This document shows positions 11,440 through 21,505 of a stretch of DNA of 64,000 bases, piece after piece. The stretch lies in the NCBI GenBank assembly GCA_043228905.1, contig JBHGNT010000014.1, positions 15,190,001-15,254,000 of the forward strand, read 5' to 3'. The translations under genes were made by a program, and so were the position numbers. The notes below the pieces were generated by a model, which saw only the letters and a list, made by a program, of their open reading frames with translations, did not search any database and was not told where the DNA came from. Numbering within the stretch: position 1 is the stretch's first letter; the number at the start of each line of letters is the position of its first letter. This DNA is from Azolla caroliniana (Eukaryota; Plantae; Polypodiophyta).

Positions 11440-14400
11440 TAATGGTCATGTGTTCATGACACTATCCCTCCTTCGAGAACGCTGAGTGGAAGTCGGCGTT
11501 AACATTGTTGGGCCGGGCTTGTTTGGATAGTGACGATGGAAGTCGTTGCCCAGAGCTTCAGCATTACAAACGTTATCGATGGGTTCCCAAGTGCAATCAC
11601 TCGGAGGATAACCAAGCCAATCAACTAGATAATAAACCTTTTTGTGCACAATCTTAGAATCGAGAATAGCAGCTACCTCGTATTCGGGGCCGTCCACAAG
11701 TTGTACAGAAGGCGGTGGTGGCACGACACGATCAGGAATTAAAGAGGTGTGGCAAGGTTCCAAAAGAGAGCTATGAAAGACAGGGTGAAGCCGCATATGT
11801 GCAGGAAGGTTAAGACGAAATGTTGCATCATTAATCTGCGCCGTGATGACAAAAGGACCTAAGCGTTGATAGTCAAGCTTAGCACACGGTCGAGTAGTCT
11901 TGATGTGACGACGAAGCAACCATACACGGTCACCAACCTTAAACGGAGACTTAAGACGATGTCGATCGGCATTGGTCTTATGGTGTGCTTGCGCTTTCTG
12001 AAGATGTGACGATAACTCGAACTGGATTTGTTGTAGTCGGTGGAGGTAATGCGCCGCACTAGGGTTTCGTGACACCTTGGGAAGATCCAGTATACAGCAT
12101 CGAGGGTGGTTGCCGGTGTAGGCAAAGAAAGGTGTAACTTTGGTAGAAGAGTGGACCGTGTTGTTGTATGCAAACTCAGCAAGATGTAAAATTTTACTCC
12201 AATCATCTTGTTGATAACTAATGAAACATCGAAGATATTGCTCGAGCGTTTGATTTGTGCGCTCTGTTTGTCCGTCAGTTTGTGGATGATAAGCCGAAGA
12301 GAGTTTGCAAGAGATTTTGAGGCCTGCCCATAGGTGCTTCCAAAAGTGTGAGATAAATTGAGGACCTTGATCGCTAATAATATCATTCGGGAGACCATGA
12401 TGGCGAAACACTTCACGCATAATGAGATCTGCAGTTTCTTCACTATTGATGGTCTTTACACATGGTACAAAATGTGCCATCTTGGTGAACCGATCCACTA
12501 CTGTTAAAATAGTATCAAAGCCTTTGGAAGGTGGCAGATCCGTAATGAAATCCATAGAAATAGACTACCATGGCTTGTTGGGAGGGGGTAATGGTTGTAG
12601 TAAGCCATAAGGGTGATGTCGGGGTATTTTGGCGCGACAGCAGGTGTCACAAGTGCGAACATAATCTTCGACAAATTTTTGCAAGTGAGGCCACCAAAAC
12701 GAACGTTTCACCAGCTCAATGGTCTTGGAAATACCAAAATGTCCAGCCATGGGGGCATCATGACAATGTTCCAACACTTGAAGTCGGGGTGATCCGTCGG
12801 GGACGTAAAGGAGATTCTTGTAGAAGAGTAAACCATCTTGCCACTTGAAGTCCTTATAATGTTGAGATGACCCTGGCAATGTGGAGCAAGATGGACGACT
12901 TGAACCACAGTGGGCTAAGACATCCTTAGCAAAATCATCTGAATGAAGTTGTTGCCGAATAGTGTCAAGAAGGGTAGAATCAAGTGGTGTGGCATAAATT
13001 GTTGTTACCTGTAGCTTTGATGGCCCGAGGAGAGTTTGCTTTTGATTGTCAAAGGCCGGATCTCCAGGTCGAAGTGCTAAATACGAACGCCAAGACAGAG
13101 CATCTGCTTTCCCTTGTTGTTTTCCAGGGCGAAAAATGATCTTGAAATCGAAACGCATTAGAAATTGGGCCCACCGAGCTTGTCGTCTATTTAATACTCG
13201 AGCTGTTTGAAAATATGTGAGATTTTTGTGATCACTATAAATGATAATCTGATGAGGTGATCCTTCTAGAAAATGACGCCATTGCTCGAATGAGTCGACC
13301 ACAGCTAGTAACTCCTTGTCATGCACCTCATAGTTTATCTCCGAAACAGTAAACTTTCTCGAGTGAAACGCGACTGGATGTATCTGCCCGTCCTCGCCTG
13401 GTTGCGATAGGATACTCCCCAATGCAAAGTCTGATGCATCCGCCTCAATAGTAAATGGCTTTTCAGGATCAATATGTGCTAGGATGGGTGCTGATGTGAA
13501 TGCCTCTTTTAGCTGCGTAAAAGCCTTGTCCGCTTCGATACTCCAAAAAAATGCTTGATTTTTCTTGGTGAGTTGAGTAAGGGGCAACACAATGCTTGAA
13601 TAATTATGTATGAATTTGCTTATGGTGACTTTATTTAAGCCTCGATAGTCCACGACCAAACGAAGGGAGCCGTCCTTTTTCTTCACAAAAAAGATAGGAG
13701 CACCAGCTGGAGACTTTGAATGTCGAATAAACCCATGTGCAAGATTTTCCTCGATGTATTCTCGAAGAACCTCAAGCTCAGTGGGTGATAAATTGTAAAT
13801 CGGACCCCACGGAGGCTCTTTTCCTGGTTGGAGATCAATAGGACAGTCGTACGGCCGATGCTTTAGCTCTCATTACATATCTTGTATCCATTCTCTTTCT
13901 TTCTCTATCTTATACATCCATTCTTCTCTATCCTTCTTCCATCACTCTATCTTTTATCCTTGGTTCTGACAGTTTGATTCGAATTGATTTGAGAATACAT
14001 GTATGCGCTTATTTATAGGTTCCTATAGAATAGCTTAGAGATTTCTAGAATGTTCTAGAATGTTCTAGACCTAGAATGCTCTAGGACATTCTAGAACATT
14101 CTAGAATAATCTAGAGTTTTTACAATAATCAATGTAATACAAGAAGTAGCTTTTATTGTTTCATATAACAATAAGCTATCTTAATGGTTGAGGTTTTCAA
14201 GTATGAATTACAAGGTTCGAGGTTCAAGTCCGAGTGACGCCATAATGGTCATGTGTTCATGACAGCCGCCACCTTCCGTCTCTCTGGTCTCACGTGGGCT
14301 CTCGGGGCCGACCGCCGAAGTCTCTAGAATAGGTGTGGGAAAAGTCCCAATACCGTTACTCATCGATGCCATGTTCGTAGCCACCTTCGTTCGGACGCCG

Positions 14401-14596
14401 TGGTCCGTGGCTATCTCTTCCTCTTTCTCTTCGTCACCGTGGTAGCCCGCCTTGCCGCCACCATTGCCCGTCTCTCTAGGTCTCATGCCGGCACTCGGGC
14501 CGGCTGTCGGAGCCTCTAGGACCGGTGTGGGTAAGGACCCGGCACCGCCGCTCCTTGTGTTCGTAGCCGCTTCCATTCAGACGTCGTTGTCCGCGG

Positions 14597-15535
14597 CTAA
14601 CCCGCCTCCAATCGTGCAAGCTCGATTACGCTTGCCACCGTCTCTTCCATGCCGTCGTCTCGGTTGCCCGCCTTGCCGCCACCACCGTCCGTCACTCTAG
14701 GTCTCACACCGGCTCTCGGGCCGGATGCCGGAGTCTCTAGGACCGGTGTGTGTAAGGTCGCGGCACCGCCGCTTGTCTCCTCCTCACTCGATGTTTCGGG
14801 CCGCCATCTCCCGAATCCGTAGTTACCGGCCTCCATGGCCGTCCCTTCACCGCAAGGCAAGAGGGTTGCTTGCTTCGCACCCTCTCCTATGTCGTCGTCG
14901 TACGCTCTCCCGGCCTCCGTATAGGCCCCGTCTTCTACGTCTAGGGAGGCTTCTTCCTCCGCATCCTCTGATCGCCTCCGGCCCGACTCCATAATAAGCC
15001 CTTCTTCGGCTTCGATTTTCCCCTTCACAAGCTCGCATGCCTCCCGTATTAGCGCTTCTAGGTCGAGCTCCTCCGAACCATTTTGCGTTGAGCTCTCTTC
15101 CGGCGGTAGTGTGTACTCACTCGCCGCTCTCTCTTCTCCGCCGTTCGCAGGCCACGTTGTTGTCGACCGCTCCCCATCGGGTTGCCGGCATACCCACTCC
15201 GGTTTCGCGTATCCGTACACTTCCAATAGAGCTCCCTCGAAGGACTCCCATGACTCGTGAGCTTCTCGTAGCTCCTTGACGTCCTTGTGCACCGATACGG
15301 CCGCCACTCGCGGAAAATACTCTAGTCGCATCGCCTCATCCATGCCCCCTTTCGCCATCTCGGCCTTGTAGGCTCCCAAAATTTTTAGGACCTCATTCCC
15401 ATTGAACCGGCCGACTCGATCGACCACCCTTTCGACGGCTTGTTGAGCCGCATCTCGCTTTGCCATCTTCCGTCCGGCTTCCATCACGATCTTTGCCATC
15501 ATCTCCTCGAAGTCAAAGTCTTCTTCCATCTCCAT
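14597..15535 (-). CDS. Gag-like ORF (capsid-like N-terminus plus acidic low-complexity tail) of the non-autonomous element
   Basis: Starts 15 nt after the PBS. 312 aa. The VGRFNGNEVLKIL...ESWESFEGALLEVY pattern resembles retrotransposon Gag (from memory). Confidence 0.6.
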   Translation of the reverse strand: MEMEEDFDFEEMMAKIVMEAGRKMAKRDAAQQAVERVVDRVGRFNGNEVLKILGAYKAEMAKGGMDEAMRLEYFPRVAAVSVHKDVKELREAHESWESFEGALLEVYGYAKPEWVCRQPDGERSTTTWPANGGEERAASEYTLPPEESSTQNGSEELDLEALIREACELVKGKIEAEEGLIMESGRRRSEDAEEEASLDVEDGAYTEAGRAYDDDIGEGAKQATLLPCGEGTAMEAGNYGFGRWRPETSSEEETSGGAATLHTPVLETPASGPRAGVRPRVTDGGGGKAGNRDDGMEETVASVIELARLEAG

Positions 15536-18388
15536 GCTCCCTTGCCGCCCTTCACGTCGAGTTCACCAAAAGATGTCGCGTTGTTACGCGCGTGCGTGTG
15601 GAAGGGGCGGGACCGCGGGGGTCTTGGACTAGGGAGAAGAGGAGAAAGGTTAAGACAACGAATGGAAGATTAGCTCATAGCTCAAGAGGAGAAGAGAACG
15701 AATATGATGTTATGATAGAATATGAAGAAGAAGATGAAGAAGATGGAGTCAAGACTCTCAACAAGAAGTTCTATTAAGAAAACATAAACGCTTTACAATG
15801 GTGGCCGCCATGGCCGCACCAAACGACTATAAGAAAACCCTAAAGGAAAACCCAAGAAGAAAACCCTAACCGAAACCCTAAAACCAAATAGGAAACCCTC
15901 GACCTAAGTGGTATGCCTCTCTCCCTCAAAATAGGCAACCCCTCATAAGTAACCCCTCCCTTCCTTTTATAGCCCAAGGAGGGAGGGACCTTACAATGTG
16001 GGATAAAATCCCCTCTTCTTTCTACACACCATTTCCTAGTATACACGTGCACATGTTGCACACCACCGATTTGCCCATTCCACCCCGGTTTCACACTATA
16101 GCCGGAAATCTTCACGACACCGGTTTTGGATAGAGACGGCCGTCTGGACCGCCTCGGCCCTGTAGAAATGGGGCATGCTCCTCTCCTCCATCATTGCCCT
16201 TGCCGCGTCGACAATCGACCGGTTCTTCCTTTCGGCCACACCGTTTTGCTCCAGTGTGTATCTGCAGTTGAACTCTCTCCGAATTCCTTTTTGTTGCTGA
16301 TAACTATTGAATTGGGCGGAAAAATATTCTTTTTCGCCATCCAACCATAGGCACTTGATCTTCCTCTCCGTTTCCCATTCAACCCGGTTTTGCAGGTTCC
16401 GGAAACACTTGAAGACTTCACTCTTCCGCTCAATGAGGTAGATCCATGTGTGCCGGCTGTAGTTGTCAATGAAGGAGATGAAATACCGACTCCCACCAAG
16501 CCTAACATTTTGTGCCGGTCCCCATACATCCGAATGGATTAGATCGAGCTTGTTACGGCTCCGGTTTCGTTCGGTGGGGAATGAAAGTCGGTGTTGCTTC
16601 CCAGGTTGGCAGGCTTCACATATTTGGGCCTTCCGGCCATTGAACTTCAGCAAACCAAAAACAACTTGTTTCGTTTGCAGGTCTTGAAGCCTCCGGTAAT
16701 TGACGTGGCCAATCCGTTTGTGCCAGAGATTGATATCCAATTCAATCTTTTGTCCTTTGGCGAACAAAGCAGTGCCAACATCATTGGTGTCGAGGATGAA
16801 CATCCTCCCATCTCTGCGCGCTTGCGCAATAATCTGGCCCTCTTCCTTGATGAAGCACCCAAGGTGCGTAAACCGCACTTGCATGCCCTGGTCAACGATT
16901 TGACTGACTGACACCAGGTTCTTCGTGATAGTCAGAACGTGTAATATGTTCATCAGCTTCCCCCTCTGTCCGACGTGGCTCAAAGGGACTTCTCCAATAT
17001 GCACGATTGGGTGAGGAGTGTCATTTCCAGTTTCGACAACTCCTTGTTGTTCCGGTTTCTCCAAGAAAGAGAACCACTCTTTGTGGCTCGTCATGTGATT
17101 CGACGCACCAGAATCAATGTACCACACTTCCTCCGATTCGGAAGTGGTCTTCTTCATCGAGTTAGCCTCGTGTTTCATCACCAAGGTTGGCTCTTTACCG
17201 GCTTTTCCAGTTTTGGATCCTCCCAATGCTTCTGCGTAGTGCGACTATTGTTGGTTCTCTCTGTTGGCTTTCCGGATCCGGATCTGTCCGAATCGGCGCG
17301 CTTCTTCCAGGACTCATTTTCTCTGTGGCCCTTTTTACCACATTACCAGCATTCCGTGTCAGCCTTTGCTTGTCGGCCTCCGCCGCTGCCTTGACTCCCC
17401 CTCCTTGTGGAGGGTTCGGAACTACTATCAGCACTTTCTCTGTGCCTTCGTTCCTGCTCTTGCCGGCCGCTACCATTGCGAGTTGACCCATCTCGTCCAC
17501 CACGCCCATAGGGCCGATCCGCCTCCGTGTACAGCATCCGGTTGTCAGTGGGTGCACTTGTTGACGCACCGACGTGGTTCTCCTCTACAAGGAGCATCGA
17601 CTGTAAGTCAAAAAATGATGGCGTATTCTCCCGTGTACACACAGCAGTTCAGAACGCTCCGAACTTTGAGGTCAAACCTCCGAGACAAATTTGCACCATA
17701 TCGGCTTCTTCGATAATCACATCGATGGGCCAGAGAGTCGCAAATGTCCTTGATTTTGGAGGTGTAGTCTACCACCGACAAGTCGCATTGTCGTAGGTTG
17801 CTCAACTCCTGTCAAAGTTGAAGCTTCCTGGTTGTAGTGCTTGCGACGAAAATCTTCTTCAGATTTCCCCAAGCATCTTTTAGCGTTTTTGCATCGGATT
17901 CCCGAATGTAGCTTAGGAGCTGTTCGCCCACAGAAGACGCAAAGCAGTACAGTACTCTGCTCGCCGATTGTTCCCACATAGGGAAATCTCTGTGTGTCGA
18001 TTCGGGTGCTGTGTCATTTGCGTCGTCGACATAGCTCCAGTAACCGTGCCCGAGCACGTACTGGTGCATCTTGTAGGACCAAGATGCGTAGTTGTTTCTG
18101 TCGAGCTTCTCCGTCGGAAGTGAGCTAGCCATGCTTCTATCCATCGGTTTTTTTTTTTTTTTACCTGATCTTCTTGGTTGGTTTTCCTTTCAAGCTATGT
18201 CGGCTACAGAGGTTCTCAACCCTCGCGCTCTGATACCATGTAAAAGAATAGCGTGCGGAAGCAATAGAAAACCAAACACAGAAACTCAGGTTTAATGGAG
18301 AGCTCAAAATATACACAGTACGTGGGAGAGTCAGAGAGAGAGAGCACATAGAAACTCAATTCAAAAATATTACTCAACCTGTACATCG

Positions 18389-19156
18389 TGACAGGAACTA
18401 CGCGCTCCCGATGAACAACACTCGGCCACAACCAAGCTTAGAATCAAACACAGAAAAAACGGGAATGAATGCACGACACAGTGAAGAGAAGAGTACACAG
18501 GATGTTAACGTGGAAAACCCAAACTAGGGAAAAACCACGGCAGCCCATAGACTGCAAACTATCACTATATCACAATGATTACAACAGTGAGCTCATGGAG
18601 GCAACGACCTCGTGCTCACGATCTTCGCCACAGGCGGCGATTACAACAGAGGCAACGACCTCTTCGTTTCTTTCTCTCTCTCTCTCTCTGTACACTGTTG
18701 CGCTCTAATCTTGCGCCTACAAGAATGACAACAACATTACACTAAGTTTTCCCTAAGTCATATTTATATTAAAATGACTTTTCGGCTATTTACAAATATA
18801 GCCCCGATGGACTCTCAAAAAAATATTTACGAATATGTCCCTTCATCCGGTGAGCACTCCTCACCGGGCCTGCATCATCCGGTGCTTGCCGGGCACTCAT
18901 CATCCGGTTCTCACCGGATCTTCCGTTTCGGGTACTCCTCATCCGGTTCTCACCGGGTCTTCCATTTCCGGGTACTCCTCATCCGGTTCTCACCAGGTCT
19001 TCCGTTGCCGGGTACTCCTCATCCGGTTCTCACCAGGTCTTCCGTTTCCGGGTACTCCTCATCCGGTTCTCACCGGGTCTTCCGTTGCCGGGTACTCCTC
19101 ATCCGGCTCTCACCGGGTCTTCTCACTTCCCATCTGGAGGGACATGTTTCCTAACA
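18389..19156 (-). mobile_element. Solo LTR (Copia E-related) inserted in the 5' LTR of element A
   Basis: TG...CA ends and perfect TSD CATCG (18384-18388, 19157-19161). Shares blocks with LTR 20012-20614. Confidence 0.92.
18890..19122. repeat. 40-bp tandem repeat, ~5.8 copies, within solo LTR
   Basis: Unit GGGTACTCCTCATCCGGTTCTCACCGGGTCTTCCGTTGCC, head-to-tail. Confidence 0.95.
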
Positions 19157-20240
19157 CATCGTATGTGTTCAGTGAACACTTTTATACAAGTCCATACGGA
19201 CTGACAGAAGTACAGTGTACTTCAATGCTCACACGAGCGTCTGACACTAACTACGAGACACTAACTACCTAGTAGCCTAGGCTGTTACTAAGCTTCTGGT
19301 TATTGCTAGATCTGGCTAACCAGCTCCCCAGCTCACCGGCTCACTTGCTCATCGACTCACTGATCCGGCTCAAGCTTATTCAGCCGATCTGGATCCGGTT
19401 GGGCTTGCTGCTCAACACTCCATTATAGTCATCTTCCATGACCAAGGCCTTCAAATCGGTTCCGGACTTCGGTCCTTTCGGCGAGCTTCTTCATCTAGCA
19501 AGCTTGATTTTACCCTTGCTAGGGACAAATGCTTTCCTTCCGGCCCGGCGTTGCCCAAAATGACAACTAGCGTCTCCCAACTATTAGGGAGGGAATTGAG
19601 CAGGAGCAATGCAAGTACCTTGTCGGCTAGAGGTACTTCGAGCGAAGTTGTTTGGTTTATGAGCCCTTGAAATGCATTCATGTGCTTTGCTATGCTGGAT
19701 CCTTCCTAGTACCGAAGTCTCACTAACTTCCGAAATACCGAAACCCGATTTATGGCGTTTTTACTCTCCAGCATGGTGTCGATTTTCTCCCAGAGCACAT
19801 GAGCTTTACTTTCTTCATTGAAGTTGTTGTGCAAACTCATGTCGATGAAGCATCGGATGTACGCCATTGTCTTTATGTCGCGGCAACCAGAGATCTTTGA
19901 CTATGAACATGTCCCTCATCTTCGACTTCCACACTGGGTAGTTGGAGCCGATGAGCTTGAACATGCCGCCGAATGATTCTTCCATATCCTTTGTTCGCTC
20001 TGATACCAGTTTGTGCGGTAATAACGCTCGGCCACAACAGAGTCTTCAACAAGGAATAGAAGAGAACAAACTAAAATAGAGATGACACAGGATGTTAATG
20101 TGGAAAACCCTAAATAGGGATAAACCACGGGAGCCCACAGACTCCAAACTATCACTATATAAGAAAGGTACAATCAGAGACTCGGAGGCAACAACCTCGA
20201 GCTCAGTATCTTCGCCAGCCGGCGGTTACAACAGAAACTA

Positions 20241-20243
<3 letters not shown>

Positions 20244-20317
<74 letters not shown>
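20244..20317. repeat. (CT)n microsatellite in LTR of element E
   Basis: Uninterrupted CT run. Confidence 0.97.
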
Positions 20318-20322
<5 letters not shown>

Positions 20323-20614
20323 AATAACAATATACAACAACCAACAACACACATTTCAGTGATTGCCCTAAGTCATATTTATACTTATATGACTTTAGGG
20401 CTATTTACAAATATATCCTCGATGGGCTCACCATGAAACATATTTACACATATGTTCTTGGATTCGGTTTGCACCGAATCCATCCAGATTCACTCGATCT
20501 AGTTTCCGGGTCTCATCCGGAACCTTTCCGGATCCGGTTCCTTCATCTGGCTCATCCGATCCGGCTCCTCTGGTTCTCATCCAGATCCCATCCGGAGGGA
20601 CCGAATTCCCAACA

Positions 20615-21351
20615 AAATGAAGGTGCATCCCGAATTGTCTGCATAGGAGACATGTGGCTGACATCATCAACAGGGTGCAAGTTGCTACTGAAGGATGTCT
20701 GACACGTTCCTTTCCGGAGGTTAGTTTGAACCGGATATCAACCGTTCGGCAAGATGATGAAGGCTACATGGGTAGTATCCGGAATAGAGTCGTGAAGTTT
20801 TGCAAAGGAAGCTTGATCGTGGCCCGAGCCTGGAAGATCAACACGTTGTACTTGATGCAGGCCCGGCTATGCCGGTGAGTTGTGGCACAAGAGGTTGTGC
20901 CACATGAGCCAAAAGGAAATGTGGAGACTGTCGAGGATAACCTCATTCCGGAGGTGAAGGATGTGCAGCTTGATGAGAAGTGCATCGTTGTTTGGCCGGA
21001 ACTCCACGCGAGAGTGGATAGGAAAACCGGCCGGAAGCTGAAGGCAATTCGAGCAGACAACAGAGGAGAATACCAGGGGCATTTTGAAACTTCCGGTCGA
21101 AGGGAATCCGGCTTGAATTCACCGTGTTGAAGACACCAGAGCTGAATGGATTGGCCGAACGGATGAACCAGACTGTGATGGAGAGAGTCTGGAGCATGCT
21201 GGCACATGTTAAGTTGTCCAAGACTTTTTGGGCTGAGGCGTTGATGACAGCAACGTACATGATTAACAAATCACCCTCAACACCCTTGGATGAAGACACA
21301 CCATAGAGAGTATGGAACGGTAAAGACATGTCTTACCGGCATCTGAAGGTG
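20615..21351 (+). pseudogene. Copia pol fragment (PR end and integrase) of family E in opposite orientation
   Basis: GDMWLTSSTGCKLLLKDV, RADNRGEYQGHF and TPELNGLAERMNQTVMERV are homologous to 3846-4720 on minus. Confidence 0.85.
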
Positions 21352-21505
21352 TCGGTTAGCACTCGGTGGTGCTAGAGTCAGCATCAAGCTTTAGGTTTCA
21401 ATAGAGAGGGGTTGCCACAGATTTTCAATCAGTCATGTTGAACTTATACAACAAGTTCAAAATGTAGTGTCGTGGAGAGATCATGATGTCAGTCGGGTTC
21501 CGAAT

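Larger units (their letters stand above)
11053..14264 (-). mobile_element. Ty3/Gypsy chromovirus (Tcn1-like), internally deleted
   Basis: TSD GCCGC at 11048-11052 and 14265-14269. LTR 11053-11461 and rearranged LTR ~13861-14264. RT start [22 protein letters not shown] is fused to the RT end, then RNase [11 protein letters not shown], integrase H2C2 and SMDFITDLP, and chromodomain EYEVAAILDS...YLVDWLGY...TWEP. PPT AGGAGGGATAG. Confidence 0.93.
8156..16119 (-). mobile_element. Non-autonomous LTR element (gag remnant, no pol) with tRNA-Trp PBS and 4-bp TSD
   Basis: LTRs 8156-8702 and 15574-16119 (~97% identical by eye). TSD CCGG at 8152-8155 and 16120-16123; removing it restores host QNRIG. PBS 15551-15568, PPT GGTGGGGGTGGA 8703-8714. 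GC-rich interior with internal duplications. Confidence 0.9.
5099..19417 (-). mobile_element. Copia element A, near full length, pseudogenised, hosting two direct nested insertions
   Basis: LTRs 18239-19417 (interrupted by a solo LTR) and 5099-~5415 (truncated). PBS TGGTATCAGAGC 18227-18238. TSD CTCCG/CTCCA. Gag 18144-17300, PR WYIDSGAS and IN 17226-16124 then 8151-7750, RT-RH 7452-5870. Confidence 0.92.
3846..20614 (-). mobile_element. Copia element E (Tnt1-like), 3'-truncated, split by nested element A
   Basis: 5' LTR 20012-20614, PBS TGGTATCAGAGCG 19996-20008 (tRNA-iMet), gag from ATG 19985 to 19423. It resumes at 5093 with zinc knuckle CFYCGKLGQFQKNC, protease WVVDSGA and integrase RADNRGEY...PELNGLA. 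Confidence 0.85.

Noticed and set aside
18890-19122. CRISPR-like array
   Set aside because: Head-to-tail 40-bp units with no unique spacers, inside a eukaryotic solo LTR, and no cas genes.
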